Shown: positions 25,975 through 34,846 of the stretch, one piece after another
Position numbering within the stretch: position 1 is the first letter of the stretch
Layout: each line of letters opens with the position of its first letter
DNA from: a virus
IMG/VR virus record: IMGVR_UViG_3300034121_000527
Location: 1 to 64,000 of that record
DNA: 64,000 nucleotides
Reading direction: 5' to 3' (one strand)
Position numbers and translations under genes: made by a program
Notes under the pieces: model-generated
Database searches by the model: none
Seen by the model: the letters and a program-made list of their open reading frames with translations, nothing else
What the model was told of the DNA's origin: nothing

Positions 25975-26510
25975 TTACTATTGACACTCTAAGAGACATG
26001 CTTGTGGATCTTAAAAGTAAAACTCGTAAAGATATCCACGATGAACTAATGCCATTCCTTATCCCTATAAAAGATATGGAGAAGGAGTTGTTTGGTGCAC
26101 CCATTTCTACCATACCGTTTGGTGATGGAGATACTTACAAGTTATTTAATTTCCTTTCACAAAACCTGCTTATGCTAGAGGGGTATGCTCAGTTTGCTTT
26201 AATTGCTCCAGGAAGAGGGTTTAACCCTGAAACTAATGAACGAAAGAAAGTGTTCTTGTTGTTCGTTGTTGAAAGCCATGACGTTGTAACCGTTGGTACT
26301 TGGGATCATGAATCTGGTGAATACCTTCAAGAACCCCAGCTGATACATCCAGACGAAGTGGCAGGTGATCTTCTTTTAGCAATCAAACTCTTTGCGTACC
26401 TTTTAGAATGCGCTAAGAATGGCATATATAAGCCTGGTGAGTTTGCTCAAGCAACTAAGTTGGTACAAGAAACAATGGGTATTCTTGTGTCAAGAAATGC
26501 AGGTGACTAA
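25971..26510 (+). CDS. Hypothetical protein
   Basis: GTGA overlap, GGAG SD. Confidence 0.7.
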   Translation: MITIDTLRDMLVDLKSKTRKDIHDELMPFLIPIKDMEKELFGAPISTIPFGDGDTYKLFNFLSQNLLMLEGYAQFALIAPGRGFNPETNERKKVFLLFVVESHDVVTVGTWDHESGEYLQEPQLIHPDEVAGDLLLAIKLFAYLLECAKNGIYKPGEFAQATKLVQETMGILVSRNAGD

Positions 26511-26905
26511 TGCAACTGCGACCTGGACTCGAAGACCTAGCCAATCGTGTGCACTGTGATTTTACTGCATCCTTTCCCGAACAAGGTTGGGATAAAATTA
26601 TCATTGACTGCCATAACAGCATTATAACTATTGATCCTGATTATGTAATACACCAGGTTAAGGAAAAGTTTGGAACGCTTAGGTATTACATAGCTAGTAG
26701 TCACGTTGATAGAAATAAAATAGATGAAATCATTAGGCAAGCAGAACAACTAAGTGCGGTGACTTGTGAACGGTGTGGTGAGCCTGGTAAGTTAGATCGT
26801 GAGGAGCGATGGGTTATGACCCTGTGCTCCGAATGTGCATCTAACAGAAAGGCTAGACGTGATGCCACGACAACATCAGTCAACGTCAATGAGGAAATTG
26901 CTTAA
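26510..26905 (+). CDS. Conserved phage protein (QVKEKFGxLR family, zinc ribbon)
   Basis: GW...QVKEKFGTLRYY...CERCG.PG...TLC..C. Confidence 0.75.
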   Translation: MQLRPGLEDLANRVHCDFTASFPEQGWDKIIIDCHNSIITIDPDYVIHQVKEKFGTLRYYIASSHVDRNKIDEIIRQAEQLSAVTCERCGEPGKLDREERWVMTLCSECASNRKARRDATTTSVNVNEEIA

Positions 26906-27071
26906 AGAAATCAAAGACTTAGGGTTTGACATAACCCAAAAGAAATCAGGAACCTATGTACTTGTACCGCCGGCTCACATTGATGGGCCGGCGTATACAA
27001 CTCACGCAACTGAGTCTGCATTTCATCCAATAAAACGAGACTTCAAAAAACTATACAAAATAGAACTGTGA
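26889..27071 (+). CDS. HicA-like (dsRBD-fold) small protein
   Basis: MRKLLKEIKDLGF...KKSG...TH.T pattern. Confidence 0.45.
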   Translation: MRKLLKEIKDLGFDITQKKSGTYVLVPPAHIDGPAYTTHATESAFHPIKRDFKKLYKIEL

Positions 27072-27077
27072 GGAAAT

Positions 27078-27341
27078 ATGGAAACTAAAGAATGGCGATC
27101 TATGGCCGCTTGCCTTGGAGTACCAACAGAACGATTCTTTCTTAGTAAGGGAGAGTCAAGTAAAGAAGCAAAGGAGATATGTAGTACATGCCCAGTCAAA
27201 GCTGAGTGCTTAGATGAGGCAGTACACATGAACCCCATATATGACACCTATGGAATTTATGGTGGCAAGTCATCTAGGGAGAGAAACAAGATACGTAAAC
27301 AGTTAGGTCTTGTGTTTTCACCCATAGATCATAAACAATAA
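27078..27341 (+). CDS. whiB: WhiB family Fe-S transcription regulator
   Basis: AAC...FF...AK.IC..CPVK.ECL...GIYGG.S..ER. Confidence 0.92.
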   Translation: METKEWRSMAACLGVPTERFFLSKGESSKEAKEICSTCPVKAECLDEAVHMNPIYDTYGIYGGKSSRERNKIRKQLGLVFSPIDHKQ

Positions 27342-27342
27342 G

Positions 27343-27400
27343 AGCAACCCCTGACGGGAGTCACTGTAACAAGTGGCCCCGTCAGGGGTGCTTTTTTTTT
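27343..27400 (+). terminator. Intrinsic terminator
   Basis: ACCCCTGACGGG...CCCGTCAGGGGT long stem plus T9. Confidence 0.85.
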
Positions 27401-27437
27401 GTCAATTTTTTGTCTGTAAATTTCAGTGGATAGTGTA

Positions 27438-27472
27438 GACTAGTACTCGTCGCAAGCGTGATGCTGTCCAAA
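27438..27472. repeat. Dispersed motif copy B
   Basis: GACTAGtactCGTCGCAAgCGTGATgctGTCCAAA. Confidence 0.55.
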
Positions 27473-27482
27473 GGAGAAATCT

Positions 27483-27953
27483 ATGAGTCTATGCCGTGGC
27501 CCGTTATGTAGTGAAAAAACTGTGGCTAAAGGATTATGTGCTGCCCATTACAAACAATTGAAGCGTGATGGTAAGTTGCATGTCATTGAGAAGTCACAAC
27601 TTCCAGAAGATAAGTTCTGGAAGAACATCAAGAAAGAAGAGAATGGTTGCTGGACATGGACAGGCACCGTTGACAAAGGTTATGGCCGTATGTATGTTGG
27701 AAACAAAGCATTCCAATCGCATAGATGGTCATATGAGCAACACAGACATGTGTCTTTGACTAAGGCCGAAACACTTGACCACTTGTGCAGAAACACACTA
27801 TGTTGTAATCCTGAGCATCTTGAAAAAGTTGCTCTAATTGAGAATATTGAAAGACAGCACCTGTATCATGCACTCAACGCAGAAATAAAAAGACTGCGTG
27901 AGTTCCTTACTGATATTGGTTACGATCCCGATACTTTACAAAAGGAGTTGTGA
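27483..27953 (+). CDS. HNH endonuclease with N-terminal zinc finger
   Basis: AKGLC..HY; CW.WTG...GYG...HR..Y...LDHLCRN..C.NP.HL. Confidence 0.9.
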   Translation: MSLCRGPLCSEKTVAKGLCAAHYKQLKRDGKLHVIEKSQLPEDKFWKNIKKEENGCWTWTGTVDKGYGRMYVGNKAFQSHRWSYEQHRHVSLTKAETLDHLCRNTLCCNPEHLEKVALIENIERQHLYHALNAEIKRLREFLTDIGYDPDTLQKEL

Positions 27954-28028
27954 TATGTGGATAGTTATGGCAATTATTTTGTGCGTAATTTTGTACTATG
28001 TAACAAGCCAAATAGATGGAGATAAATA

Positions 28029-28493
28029 ATGCAAACGTTTGTACCACACGGAAGTGACTTCACTAGCAATGCCATGGTGCTTGATCGGCAACGCCTTGGT
28101 AAACAGCGAGTTGAAGGCTTACAAATTATTAATACATTGCTCGGTTACAGTGATGGCTGGGCAAATCACCCAGCGGTAAAAATGTGGAAAGGGTATGAGC
28201 AAGCCCTTGTTAAGTACACATTGAGTATGTGTAATGCTTGGACACTAAAAGGATACAAAGATACATGTGCCACAAAAATATTAGAAAAAAGCATTGACTC
28301 AGGGTTATTTGTTCCCGAAACTGTTTGGGCAGATATTGAGTTGCCCACTTGGTTAGATGACCCTGAAGTAATGGAATCACATAAGTCAAATTTACTTCGT
28401 AAGTTACCTAGCCATTACTCAAAGTATTGGCCTGAAGTGTCACCTGACCTGCCTTACAAATGGCCAACCCCAAGTTCAAAGGATGTTAAATAA
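28029..28493 (+). CDS. Pyrimidine-dimer DNA glycosylase-like protein (MSMEG_6728/DenV-related)
   Basis: MQTF.P...LD..RLGKQRVE..QI...HPAV.MW.G...SH.SNL..K. Confidence 0.85.
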   Translation: MQTFVPHGSDFTSNAMVLDRQRLGKQRVEGLQIINTLLGYSDGWANHPAVKMWKGYEQALVKYTLSMCNAWTLKGYKDTCATKILEKSIDSGLFVPETVWADIELPTWLDDPEVMESHKSNLLRKLPSHYSKYWPEVSPDLPYKWPTPSSKDVK

Positions 28494-28735
28494 TGATTGC
28501 CATAGGATTCATTGAGTTTATGATGTTTATATGCATCCCAGGAGTGTTTGTTATTATGTTAATTTCTTTTGTTTGTGCAGATAATAGTGAATCCTCGGTA
28601 AGAGAACGACAACACAGAACTGGGAATCTTTGGGGGGATGACTCCGAGGATGATGAGCAAGGATATGAGCTACGTAGAGACATGTCATATTATTACAGAA
28701 ACGAAAACTTTGATAGACAACAAGGGAATAGATAG
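28493..28735 (+). CDS. Small membrane protein
   Basis: N-terminal TM helix, acidic tail. Confidence 0.55.
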   Translation: MIAIGFIEFMMFICIPGVFVIMLISFVCADNSESSVRERQHRTGNLWGDDSEDDEQGYELRRDMSYYYRNENFDRQQGNR

Positions 28736-28749
28736 TACTGTACCTTATT

Positions 28750-28770
28750 GCAATCGTGGCTTCGTCCAAA
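28750..28770. repeat. Dispersed motif copy C
   Basis: GCAAtCGTGgcttcGTCCAAA, same spacing as copy B. Confidence 0.45.
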
Positions 28771-28772
28771 AT

Positions 28773-28823
28773 AAAAAACCCCTAGTGGTGCCAATTTGGT
28801 GCCACTAGGGGTTCTTTTTTTTT
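28773..28823. terminator. Bidirectional terminator at convergence of genome arms
   Basis: A-tract, AACCCCTAGTGG...CCACTAGGGGTT, T-tract. Confidence 0.85.
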
Positions 28824-28824
28824 G

Positions 28825-29889
28825 TCACAAATTACTGATGAAATTTATAAGGCGTTCTAACCCAATGTTTATGTCTCTTGAAGCAATCTGCTCTCGCATT
28901 GGGGCACCAAGTTCTTCTCGAACTTTTGGATCGCATAGTCTTTTTATAGACTTAATCCAATCTACTGGCTTTTTAGCTATTATACCAACTCCTAAAGTTT
29001 TATTTAGGTTTATGTAGGCATCTAAGTCTTGGGCAATGAATGGGATTCCAGAGGCCGCATACTCTAATCCTTTAATATCAGATTTTGCCATATTAAAAGG
29101 TGTTTTGTTTAACGGAACAATACCCACATCCATGGTTAATAAACTTGGGTATTCTACAGCTGGGACCAATGGCTTGGTAGCTACTAAATTTAAGTCAACC
29201 CCTATTTTACTAGCAAAAGAAGGAGCAGCTATATGGTTACCCCCATGGTAAAGCTTGACTTTACCAGCGTTGGCTAATGGGGATAAGATTCCTTTAAGTG
29301 TTTCAATATCTTTGCTTCTATGAGAAGTTGACCCAACCCACCCAACTATGGGTGTTGTTGTGTCAGTGTATTCAATTTGCTTAAATCTTGAAATGTCCAC
29401 TGTGTTCTCTAGAATGTGTATTGGGCACCTTACAAACTTAGATATACGATCCCGTAGGTAAGGGGTGCTTACAGTGACTACATCAGAATGTGTCAATATT
29501 GATTTATAAAAATTGGTATTTTCATTTTTATTGAATTGAGGGTGGTTGTGTTTAAATGCCATATTTGAGGTGTCTAACCCCCAATACCAGTCATCTAAAT
29601 CATTAATAACCTTTTGGCCGTTTGCTCTAGCCCTTAGCACATGTTGTGTTAGGCCCTCATGCATTAAACGTTGCATATATATAATGTCAACTTCATGTAG
29701 TTTTTCATCAATGGATTTAATTACAAACCTATCATTAAACCAAGTGAGTACACCAACACTGACGTCAAAGGGTAAAGTTGAGATGTACTGACCCAAGCGG
29801 GCCCATCCACTTCCACCCCATTGTTCAGTTTCTAAACCAGTTTTGTTTGGGTGTAACCAATCACCCGATGCTATGCCTAGACGAAGCAC
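28825..29889 (-). CDS. Glycosyltransferase (GT-B fold)
   Basis: DLDD, VTVST..L, VGWVGS..H, D.GIVPL...FN..KS.IK.LEY.A.G.P. Confidence 0.85.
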   Translation of the reverse strand: MLRLGIASGDWLHPNKTGLETEQWGGSGWARLGQYISTLPFDVSVGVLTWFNDRFVIKSIDEKLHEVDIIYMQRLMHEGLTQHVLRARANGQKVINDLDDWYWGLDTSNMAFKHNHPQFNKNENTNFYKSILTHSDVVTVSTPYLRDRISKFVRCPIHILENTVDISRFKQIEYTDTTTPIVGWVGSTSHRSKDIETLKGILSPLANAGKVKLYHGGNHIAAPSFASKIGVDLNLVATKPLVPAVEYPSLLTMDVGIVPLNKTPFNMAKSDIKGLEYAASGIPFIAQDLDAYINLNKTLGVGIIAKKPVDWIKSIKRLCDPKVREELGAPMREQIASRDINIGLERLINFISNL

Positions 29890-30067
29890 GTGAACTCCCT
29901 CTGTATTCCATTTTGTGAACTTTTTTACCTACGCCACAATGATGAGTGGGGTGGTCGTTCAAAGGAACGAACACCTCCACTCCCTCATTGCATTTAGGGC
30001 ATGCATAGTACCCTTTCGGGTATTGTGCTTTCTCTGTATCAGACATGAGAAACATTGTACTACTCAT
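29861..30067 (-). CDS. Small zinc-ribbon protein
   Basis: TGATG overlap; Y.CPKC...H.C. Confidence 0.5.
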   Translation of the reverse strand: MSSTMFLMSDTEKAQYPKGYYACPKCNEGVEVFVPLNDHPTHHCGVGKKVHKMEYRGSSRASSRHSIG

Positions 30068-30306
30068 CAGACTGATTTGCGGCGCTTCCAAGTGATAGCA
30101 AAGAACTTGATATCCATTGCGTTCCATAATGGGGTGGCGGCCAAGGTTGTGATTGGCTTGGGGAAGTCAGCTCGTTTACGAAGAGCATGGATCTGTTGCT
30201 TTGGGCAATTTAGGATCTCTGCTACTTCTGAAGTTCCAACAATGTCGCCAATGTTAATAAGCAACATATCAGAGTCTAATTGAACTGTTATGGTGTTTTC
30301 ATTCAT
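30067..30306 (-). CDS. AlpA/excisionase-like HTH DNA-binding protein
   Basis: VGTSEVAEIL...FPKP...LAATPLW; AAGGAG SD. Confidence 0.75.
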   Translation of the reverse strand: MNENTITVQLDSDMLLINIGDIVGTSEVAEILNCPKQQIHALRKRADFPKPITTLAATPLWNAMDIKFFAITWKRRKSV

Positions 30307-30389
30307 ATTGTGCTCCTTATGAGGTGCCCATACCGGGCTTTGTTTAGATACTACAACACATTATTAACAATTACAACTACCGTTGTATA

Positions 30390-30935
30390 TTATTTGCACT
30401 TACGAGTCCACGGTATAAACCCGCAACCCTTGTGGTCATCAAACCACCTATACATTTCCCAAGCCCACGTGAAGTTCACTAATGGATCTTGAATCATGTC
30501 CCAATCTCCAAAGAAGTCTTCAACTTCGTTAGACCAAACTCTGTTGATCTGCAGTGGTCCATAATCTGAACCGTTCCAGTTTGGGTGTCCTGGAATGATA
30601 TTTAAGCAACGTGATTCTGACCACGCTTCTTCAAGAACATCTACTAGCAGTTCTTGGGGCCACCCAGCTTGTAAAGCAATGGGGGCTAACTCTTCACATT
30701 TTGAACCAACTGGAACCAACGTAGTGGTTGTTGTGGTCTCGGGGATTGTAGTTGTCGTTTCAGGAACGACAGTTGTTGTGGTTGTTTCTGGGATAGTGAC
30801 CACAACAGTAGTTGTGATGGGGTTTTCTTGGATTTTTACTTTCTGTGATTCTGTACCGTTTGCCAGTGGTGCGACGATTGCGATACTTGCGGCTAGTGCT
30901 ACTAGTATAACTGGTTTAGAGTATTTAATTTTCAA
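30390..30935 (-). CDS. Secreted lytic transglycosylase (SLT-like) with Thr-rich linker
   Basis: Signal peptide, TTTT.PETTTT linker, ESRC...DYGPLQIN..W...DP..N. Confidence 0.8.
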   Translation of the reverse strand: MKIKYSKPVILVALAASIAIVAPLANGTESQKVKIQENPITTTVVVTIPETTTTTVVPETTTTIPETTTTTTLVPVGSKCEELAPIALQAGWPQELLVDVLEEAWSESRCLNIIPGHPNWNGSDYGPLQINRVWSNEVEDFFGDWDMIQDPLVNFTWAWEMYRWFDDHKGCGFIPWTRKCK

Positions 30936-30965
30936 AAGCTAGCTCCTTGATAGGGGATAAAAACA

Positions 30966-30996
30966 ATGCCCAGCCTGAACTGGATTGGCTGGGCAC
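30966..30996 (-). promoter_or_regulatory. Hairpin upstream of transglycosylase
   Basis: TGCCCAGCC...GGCTGGGCA inverted repeat followed by T-rich tract on minus strand. Confidence 0.35.
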
Positions 30997-31033
30997 TATC
31001 TATATTACCAAAGTGTTACGAGTACTAGCTACA

Positions 31034-31417
31034 TTACATGCTAGAAAGCTTGAAAACTAATGATTCTATGTCAAAATCTTGCCCTCTAGCAGGGAAAATG
31101 TCTAGTGTGACATGTTTCCTAACTACAACAGAGGCCTCTCTACACTTAGGGCATCTGCATCCTGAACGATACATTTCAAGAGATCCATGATGCATTCTTG
31201 CTGTACCACGTCTCTCCTGTGGTGTCAAGCCACCCCACAAACCCCAATGCTCTTCAATACCATAATCAAGACAGCTTTGCCACACTGGACAAGTATTGCA
31301 TACTGCCTTACCCACTTTGTAATAGGCGTTGTGGTTGGTCTCCTCTAATGGAGGGAAGAATAAGTTTGGGTGTAGCCCCTTGCACGGAGCTTCCTCCATC
31401 CAAGGTTTAGAGTTCAT
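31034..31417 (-). CDS. whiB: WhiB family regulator with C-terminal HG...GCRC..C zinc motif
   Basis: C...FFP...K.VC..CPV...CL...GLWGGLTP.ER. Confidence 0.9.
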   Translation of the reverse strand: MNSKPWMEEAPCKGLHPNLFFPPLEETNHNAYYKVGKAVCNTCPVWQSCLDYGIEEHWGLWGGLTPQERRGTARMHHGSLEMYRSGCRCPKCREASVVVRKHVTLDIFPARGQDFDIESLVFKLSSM

Positions 31418-31731
31418 TCAGCTTCCCGACGAAACAAACACAAAGCAATAATTGCGTACGTAGCAATATCCAAAAGACTGTCTTCAACACCTTCGTTTTG
31501 AAGTGTTGACCCCTTGGCGTATGACTGGAGTCTTACAACTTTGTCATTTGCTCTGACCATGGCACCTACCCACGGTGGTATGCCCCATTCTTGAGAAGCA
31601 CTTACGTTGGCAAAGAAGTCCTCATCTGTTCCGTAGTCTGCACCCTTACGGCGATGCATTTCCATAACTTCGTAAAGAACCTTTTCAAATTCCGGATCAC
31701 CAGTCATGATACACAGTTCCTTCAAATTCAT
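31414..31731 (-). CDS. Nucleotide-modification-associated domain 1 (DUF1599-like) protein
   Basis: K..DYG...R.NDK..RL...E.VEDSL.D.A.Y. Confidence 0.75.
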   Translation of the reverse strand: MNLKELCIMTGDPEFEKVLYEVMEMHRRKGADYGTDEDFFANVSASQEWGIPPWVGAMVRANDKVVRLQSYAKGSTLQNEGVEDSLLDIATYAIIALCLFRREAE

Positions 31732-31900
31732 CTAAAAGTCTCCCTCCAATTAACGGGCTCGTAGTTAGAAATGTAAAGAAACTCCAAGTAACTAAAAATG
31801 GCCAATCTATTCCGTTACTAGAGATAAGGTTAGTAAGTGTAGCTATGGTTGAAATTACAATAGCCATAAACACTCGGCGTCTAGTTTGATATATGGTCAC
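31697..31900 (-). CDS. Small membrane protein
   Basis: Two hydrophobic segments. Confidence 0.55.
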   Translation of the reverse strand: MTIYQTRRRVFMAIVISTIATLTNLISSNGIDWPFLVTWSFFTFLTTSPLIGGRLLDEFEGTVYHDW

Positions 31901-32196
31901 TCTTGGTCACCATCTGATACATAAAAAAGTACATTGTATATCTCGTTAGTTAACCACTCAGCTGCCTTCTGCAGACCATCTTCTGATGAGATGTCCCAGT
32001 TAACCCAAAGAGTACAACCCTTGGTGCTTAGATAGCTCATTACTTCTTCTACCCCAATAACAGAGGTTTCAATATTATTTCCAATAATGTTGTTACAGCC
32101 AGCGATATTCCCAGATTGGTAAGCATTATCACCAAAGTGTTGAACAGCACTTTCTGGATCAACTTTCTTACCGTCTCTCCACCATATCTTAGTCAT
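31897..32196 (-). CDS. Hypothetical protein
   Basis: AAGGAG SD. Confidence 0.65.
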   Translation of the reverse strand: MTKIWWRDGKKVDPESAVQHFGDNAYQSGNIAGCNNIIGNNIETSVIGVEEVMSYLSTKGCTLWVNWDISSEDGLQKAAEWLTNEIYNVLFYVSDGDQE

Positions 32197-32236
32197 ATTT
32201 CCTCCTTATTGTGTTACTTGTATTCTATAGACTGGG

Positions 32237-33664
32237 TTAGCTTAAATCAATTACATCTTGGATAAATTGGTCTGTTTGATTTGGGCCCAATCCTCCACCA
32301 GGAAGCTGCCGAGCAGTTTCTCCGGCTTTGCTACCAAACAATCTAGAAAGTACCCCTGCGTTACCTCTTGCTTCTACTTCAATGCGCATAAGATCACGGG
32401 TGTCGGAGATGTTTTTAAACTTGTCAATTAGAGAGAATAACCTATCCATTTCTGATGACAAGGCGGGGTCAAGGCCCTGGCCCTCAAGCTCTTCGGCAAA
32501 TCTTGCAAACAAAACTCGACTGGCTTGCATCTCAATCATTGCCTGCAGAACAGCATTTAACTGATCCTTAGATCGTATTTCTACAGGTAACTTAAACCCA
32601 CAATCTGAATGTTCCTTGAATGCAGGACAACGTGATGCAAGATAGCAACTATCACATTGTCGCAAAGGTCCACTTTGATACCTAATGACAGGGGTTTCTG
32701 TAGGGGCGATTTCTATGTGTTCTCCCTGCTCAGAGCCACTTTGTGTACCCATTGAGATGATATGTTCTATGCCCATAACCGGTAGCAATAGACGCTCACT
32801 TTCGTGCCGCTTCTCTAGGTGGGAGATAGCAATATTACCCCCCTTGGAAACCGGTTTATCTACATTAGGTGACATAGGGGGTATATCAACTATATCCCCC
32901 TCTTCTACCTCTCCAAACTCAGACTCATCATCAGTAACTTGAGGGTCATAGCCCAAAAATGTGGACTGTTCCCAAGCCTTCCAAGACTTGATTGCAAGTG
33001 ACCCAACCGCTGTCACATTGTCTTCTAAGATTGCTTCGTAATCAATACCTAATCTTAAAATGTCCGCTCTGTGCTTCTTGCGAGAAGATTCTTTCTGCTG
33101 CGCAGGGTATCTATGGAGACCATGACCATCCCATACTTGGGTCTCACCATAGCGTATGGATGAGGTCCAAGATCCAACTACAACAGCTTCCCAAGGGAGT
33201 GCTTGGATAACGTCAGGTTTACTTGTTAAACCATAAAGCTTTGCTCCCCAACGCTGTGAGAGTGACCGGATACGCGGAAGTGTTTTAGAGTTTATGGCCT
33301 TGTCTGAGATAGCAGCTCTACCATAACGTTGGCATAACCATGCCAGTCTTTCTAAATCGTCGTCATCTGACCATACCGGGACGTACTTATCTCCCAACCA
33401 TTCCCCATCCATATCAGGACGCCCAATAACAACAGATAAGGAGTCGGCGTGGTCTCTTACAAAGGTTTCATACTTATTGAGGTCCTCATCCCCCTCTGAT
33501 GTATACACCAGAATTTCAGCAGAAGCAAACACCTCTTCAGGGTTAAACTCCTTACGTTTTGGGATGGGCAAGTGAGTAATGTTCACAGCTACTCTAGTTA
33601 TTTCATTAGATATGAGCAGGTTTCTGTGGGTGCCTTTTTCGGCACCTCCAAAGAATATGTGCAT
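32237..33664 (-). CDS. Hypothetical protein: possible degenerate TGT/DpdA-like N-terminus plus Cys4 cluster
   Basis: IFFGG.E start; L.GL...LPW.....SW...RYG; CDSC...CP...C; ORF certain, function tentative. Confidence 0.55.
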   Translation of the reverse strand: MHIFFGGAEKGTHRNLLISNEITRVAVNITHLPIPKRKEFNPEEVFASAEILVYTSEGDEDLNKYETFVRDHADSLSVVIGRPDMDGEWLGDKYVPVWSDDDDLERLAWLCQRYGRAAISDKAINSKTLPRIRSLSQRWGAKLYGLTSKPDVIQALPWEAVVVGSWTSSIRYGETQVWDGHGLHRYPAQQKESSRKKHRADILRLGIDYEAILEDNVTAVGSLAIKSWKAWEQSTFLGYDPQVTDDESEFGEVEEGDIVDIPPMSPNVDKPVSKGGNIAISHLEKRHESERLLLPVMGIEHIISMGTQSGSEQGEHIEIAPTETPVIRYQSGPLRQCDSCYLASRCPAFKEHSDCGFKLPVEIRSKDQLNAVLQAMIEMQASRVLFARFAEELEGQGLDPALSSEMDRLFSLIDKFKNISDTRDLMRIEVEARGNAGVLSRLFGSKAGETARQLPGGGLGPNQTDQFIQDVIDLS

Positions 33665-34134
33665 TACTCTCTCCAGGTCTTCTCAGCAGCTTTTAGGGCT
33701 TGACTGTCTAATTCCTCAACCAAAACATCCCACTCTTTTATTATCTTCATGTTAGACCATTCAGGTCGTACCAAGTACGGGGATGCAATTAAAAGGGTAG
33801 CCATACCTAGTTTAAGTAGTTCTGCACAGGTTCTAGGATTGTTATCTACATACCACTCTGGTTTACCAAAAATTGCACCAATACGGTTTATCTTTTCTGC
33901 CTGTAAAACAGGATCAGGTTCATCAAGCATTTCATAAAATGAAGGTTTTATTCCTTCTTTTTTAAGCCAATCTTCAAGTACTGGTCTGCTGTAGTCCTCA
34001 TTAACTACTAGGCATATACGACCAAGTGACTGTTCATGCAACATACGCCAGATATACAACCCTTGTGAGTCTGGCTGGCGTAATGCTATGGAGTCTGCTG
34101 GGCGAGCCAATACAGAAAAGTTAAAAAGTATCAC
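33664..34134 (-). CDS. HAD-like hypothetical protein
   Basis: WL..EG, YVDNNP motif IV-like; motif I degenerate. Confidence 0.5.
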   Translation of the reverse strand: MILFNFSVLARPADSIALRQPDSQGLYIWRMLHEQSLGRICLVVNEDYSRPVLEDWLKKEGIKPSFYEMLDEPDPVLQAEKINRIGAIFGKPEWYVDNNPRTCAELLKLGMATLLIASPYLVRPEWSNMKIIKEWDVLVEELDSQALKAAEKTWRE

Positions 34135-34589
34135 TAGTCATACATCTTTTTAGCAATACGATTCTTGTGAGTTACAAACTCTTGTGCTGGGCAGTAGTGG
34201 CAAAGGTACTGGCGGTTTTCTCTAGGAACACCAATCTTGCGACCAATGGTTTTGCTCTCATCTTCATAGTCAATACACATGCCTGCTGGCCGGTTATGTC
34301 TACTAAAGCACTTAAGAGCTTCAACTTTTAGGTCATCTTTTAGTTCACGAACTTGCCATTCATTTTTAGCAAGTTCTTTATTGATCTGAGTTTCATCACC
34401 AAGTTTGTCCCAGGTGGCTTGATCACACCTAAGAATAAGGGATTTGTGGGCGTCTGGATCAGGGTTTGCGGCCTGACCAAGGTGCCTATTACACAGCTCT
34501 ATAAGCTCCATGTCATACTGAACAGGACCTTCATAGTCCTTCATTCTGTACATGGTTCCACAGGTTTGACACGTCAAAAGACGGGGCAT
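34134..34589 (-). CDS. Cys/His-rich hypothetical protein
   Basis: C..C, C...H.RP...C.DY, YLC.YCP; AGGAG SD. Confidence 0.75.
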   Translation of the reverse strand: MPRLLTCQTCGTMYRMKDYEGPVQYDMELIELCNRHLGQAANPDPDAHKSLILRCDQATWDKLGDETQINKELAKNEWQVRELKDDLKVEALKCFSRHNRPAGMCIDYEDESKTIGRKIGVPRENRQYLCHYCPAQEFVTHKNRIAKKMYD

Positions 34590-34611
34590 GTTGTACTCCT
34601 AATTGTTTATA

Positions 34612-34836
34612 CTACTGCTTGTCTGCGTAGCCGTATTCGTAATCATCATCTGAGTTTACATTAACTCCACGCTTTTTGTCAACGACATTGTACTGTGTTT
34701 GAAGCATTTTTGCTCTGTCAAATACATGGCTTTCTTCAAGGTCACCACCACGGTCTGGGGTGATGCTCTTCATTGTACCGTCTTGTTCTCCAAGCTTACG
34801 GTCACCATTCATTGATCTTGATGTATTAACTGCCAT
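34612..34836 (-). CDS. Hypothetical protein
   Basis: GGAGG SD; MAVNTSRSMN. Confidence 0.7.
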   Translation of the reverse strand: MAVNTSRSMNGDRKLGEQDGTMKSITPDRGGDLEESHVFDRAKMLQTQYNVVDKKRGVNVNSDDDYEYGYADKQ

Positions 34837-34846
34837 TTTAACCTCC

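Noticed and set aside
30604-30622. GCAACGTGattctGAC as a fourth copy of the dispersed motif
   Set aside because: One base shorter, GTC not matched, and lies in the conserved ESRC codons of the transglycosylase.
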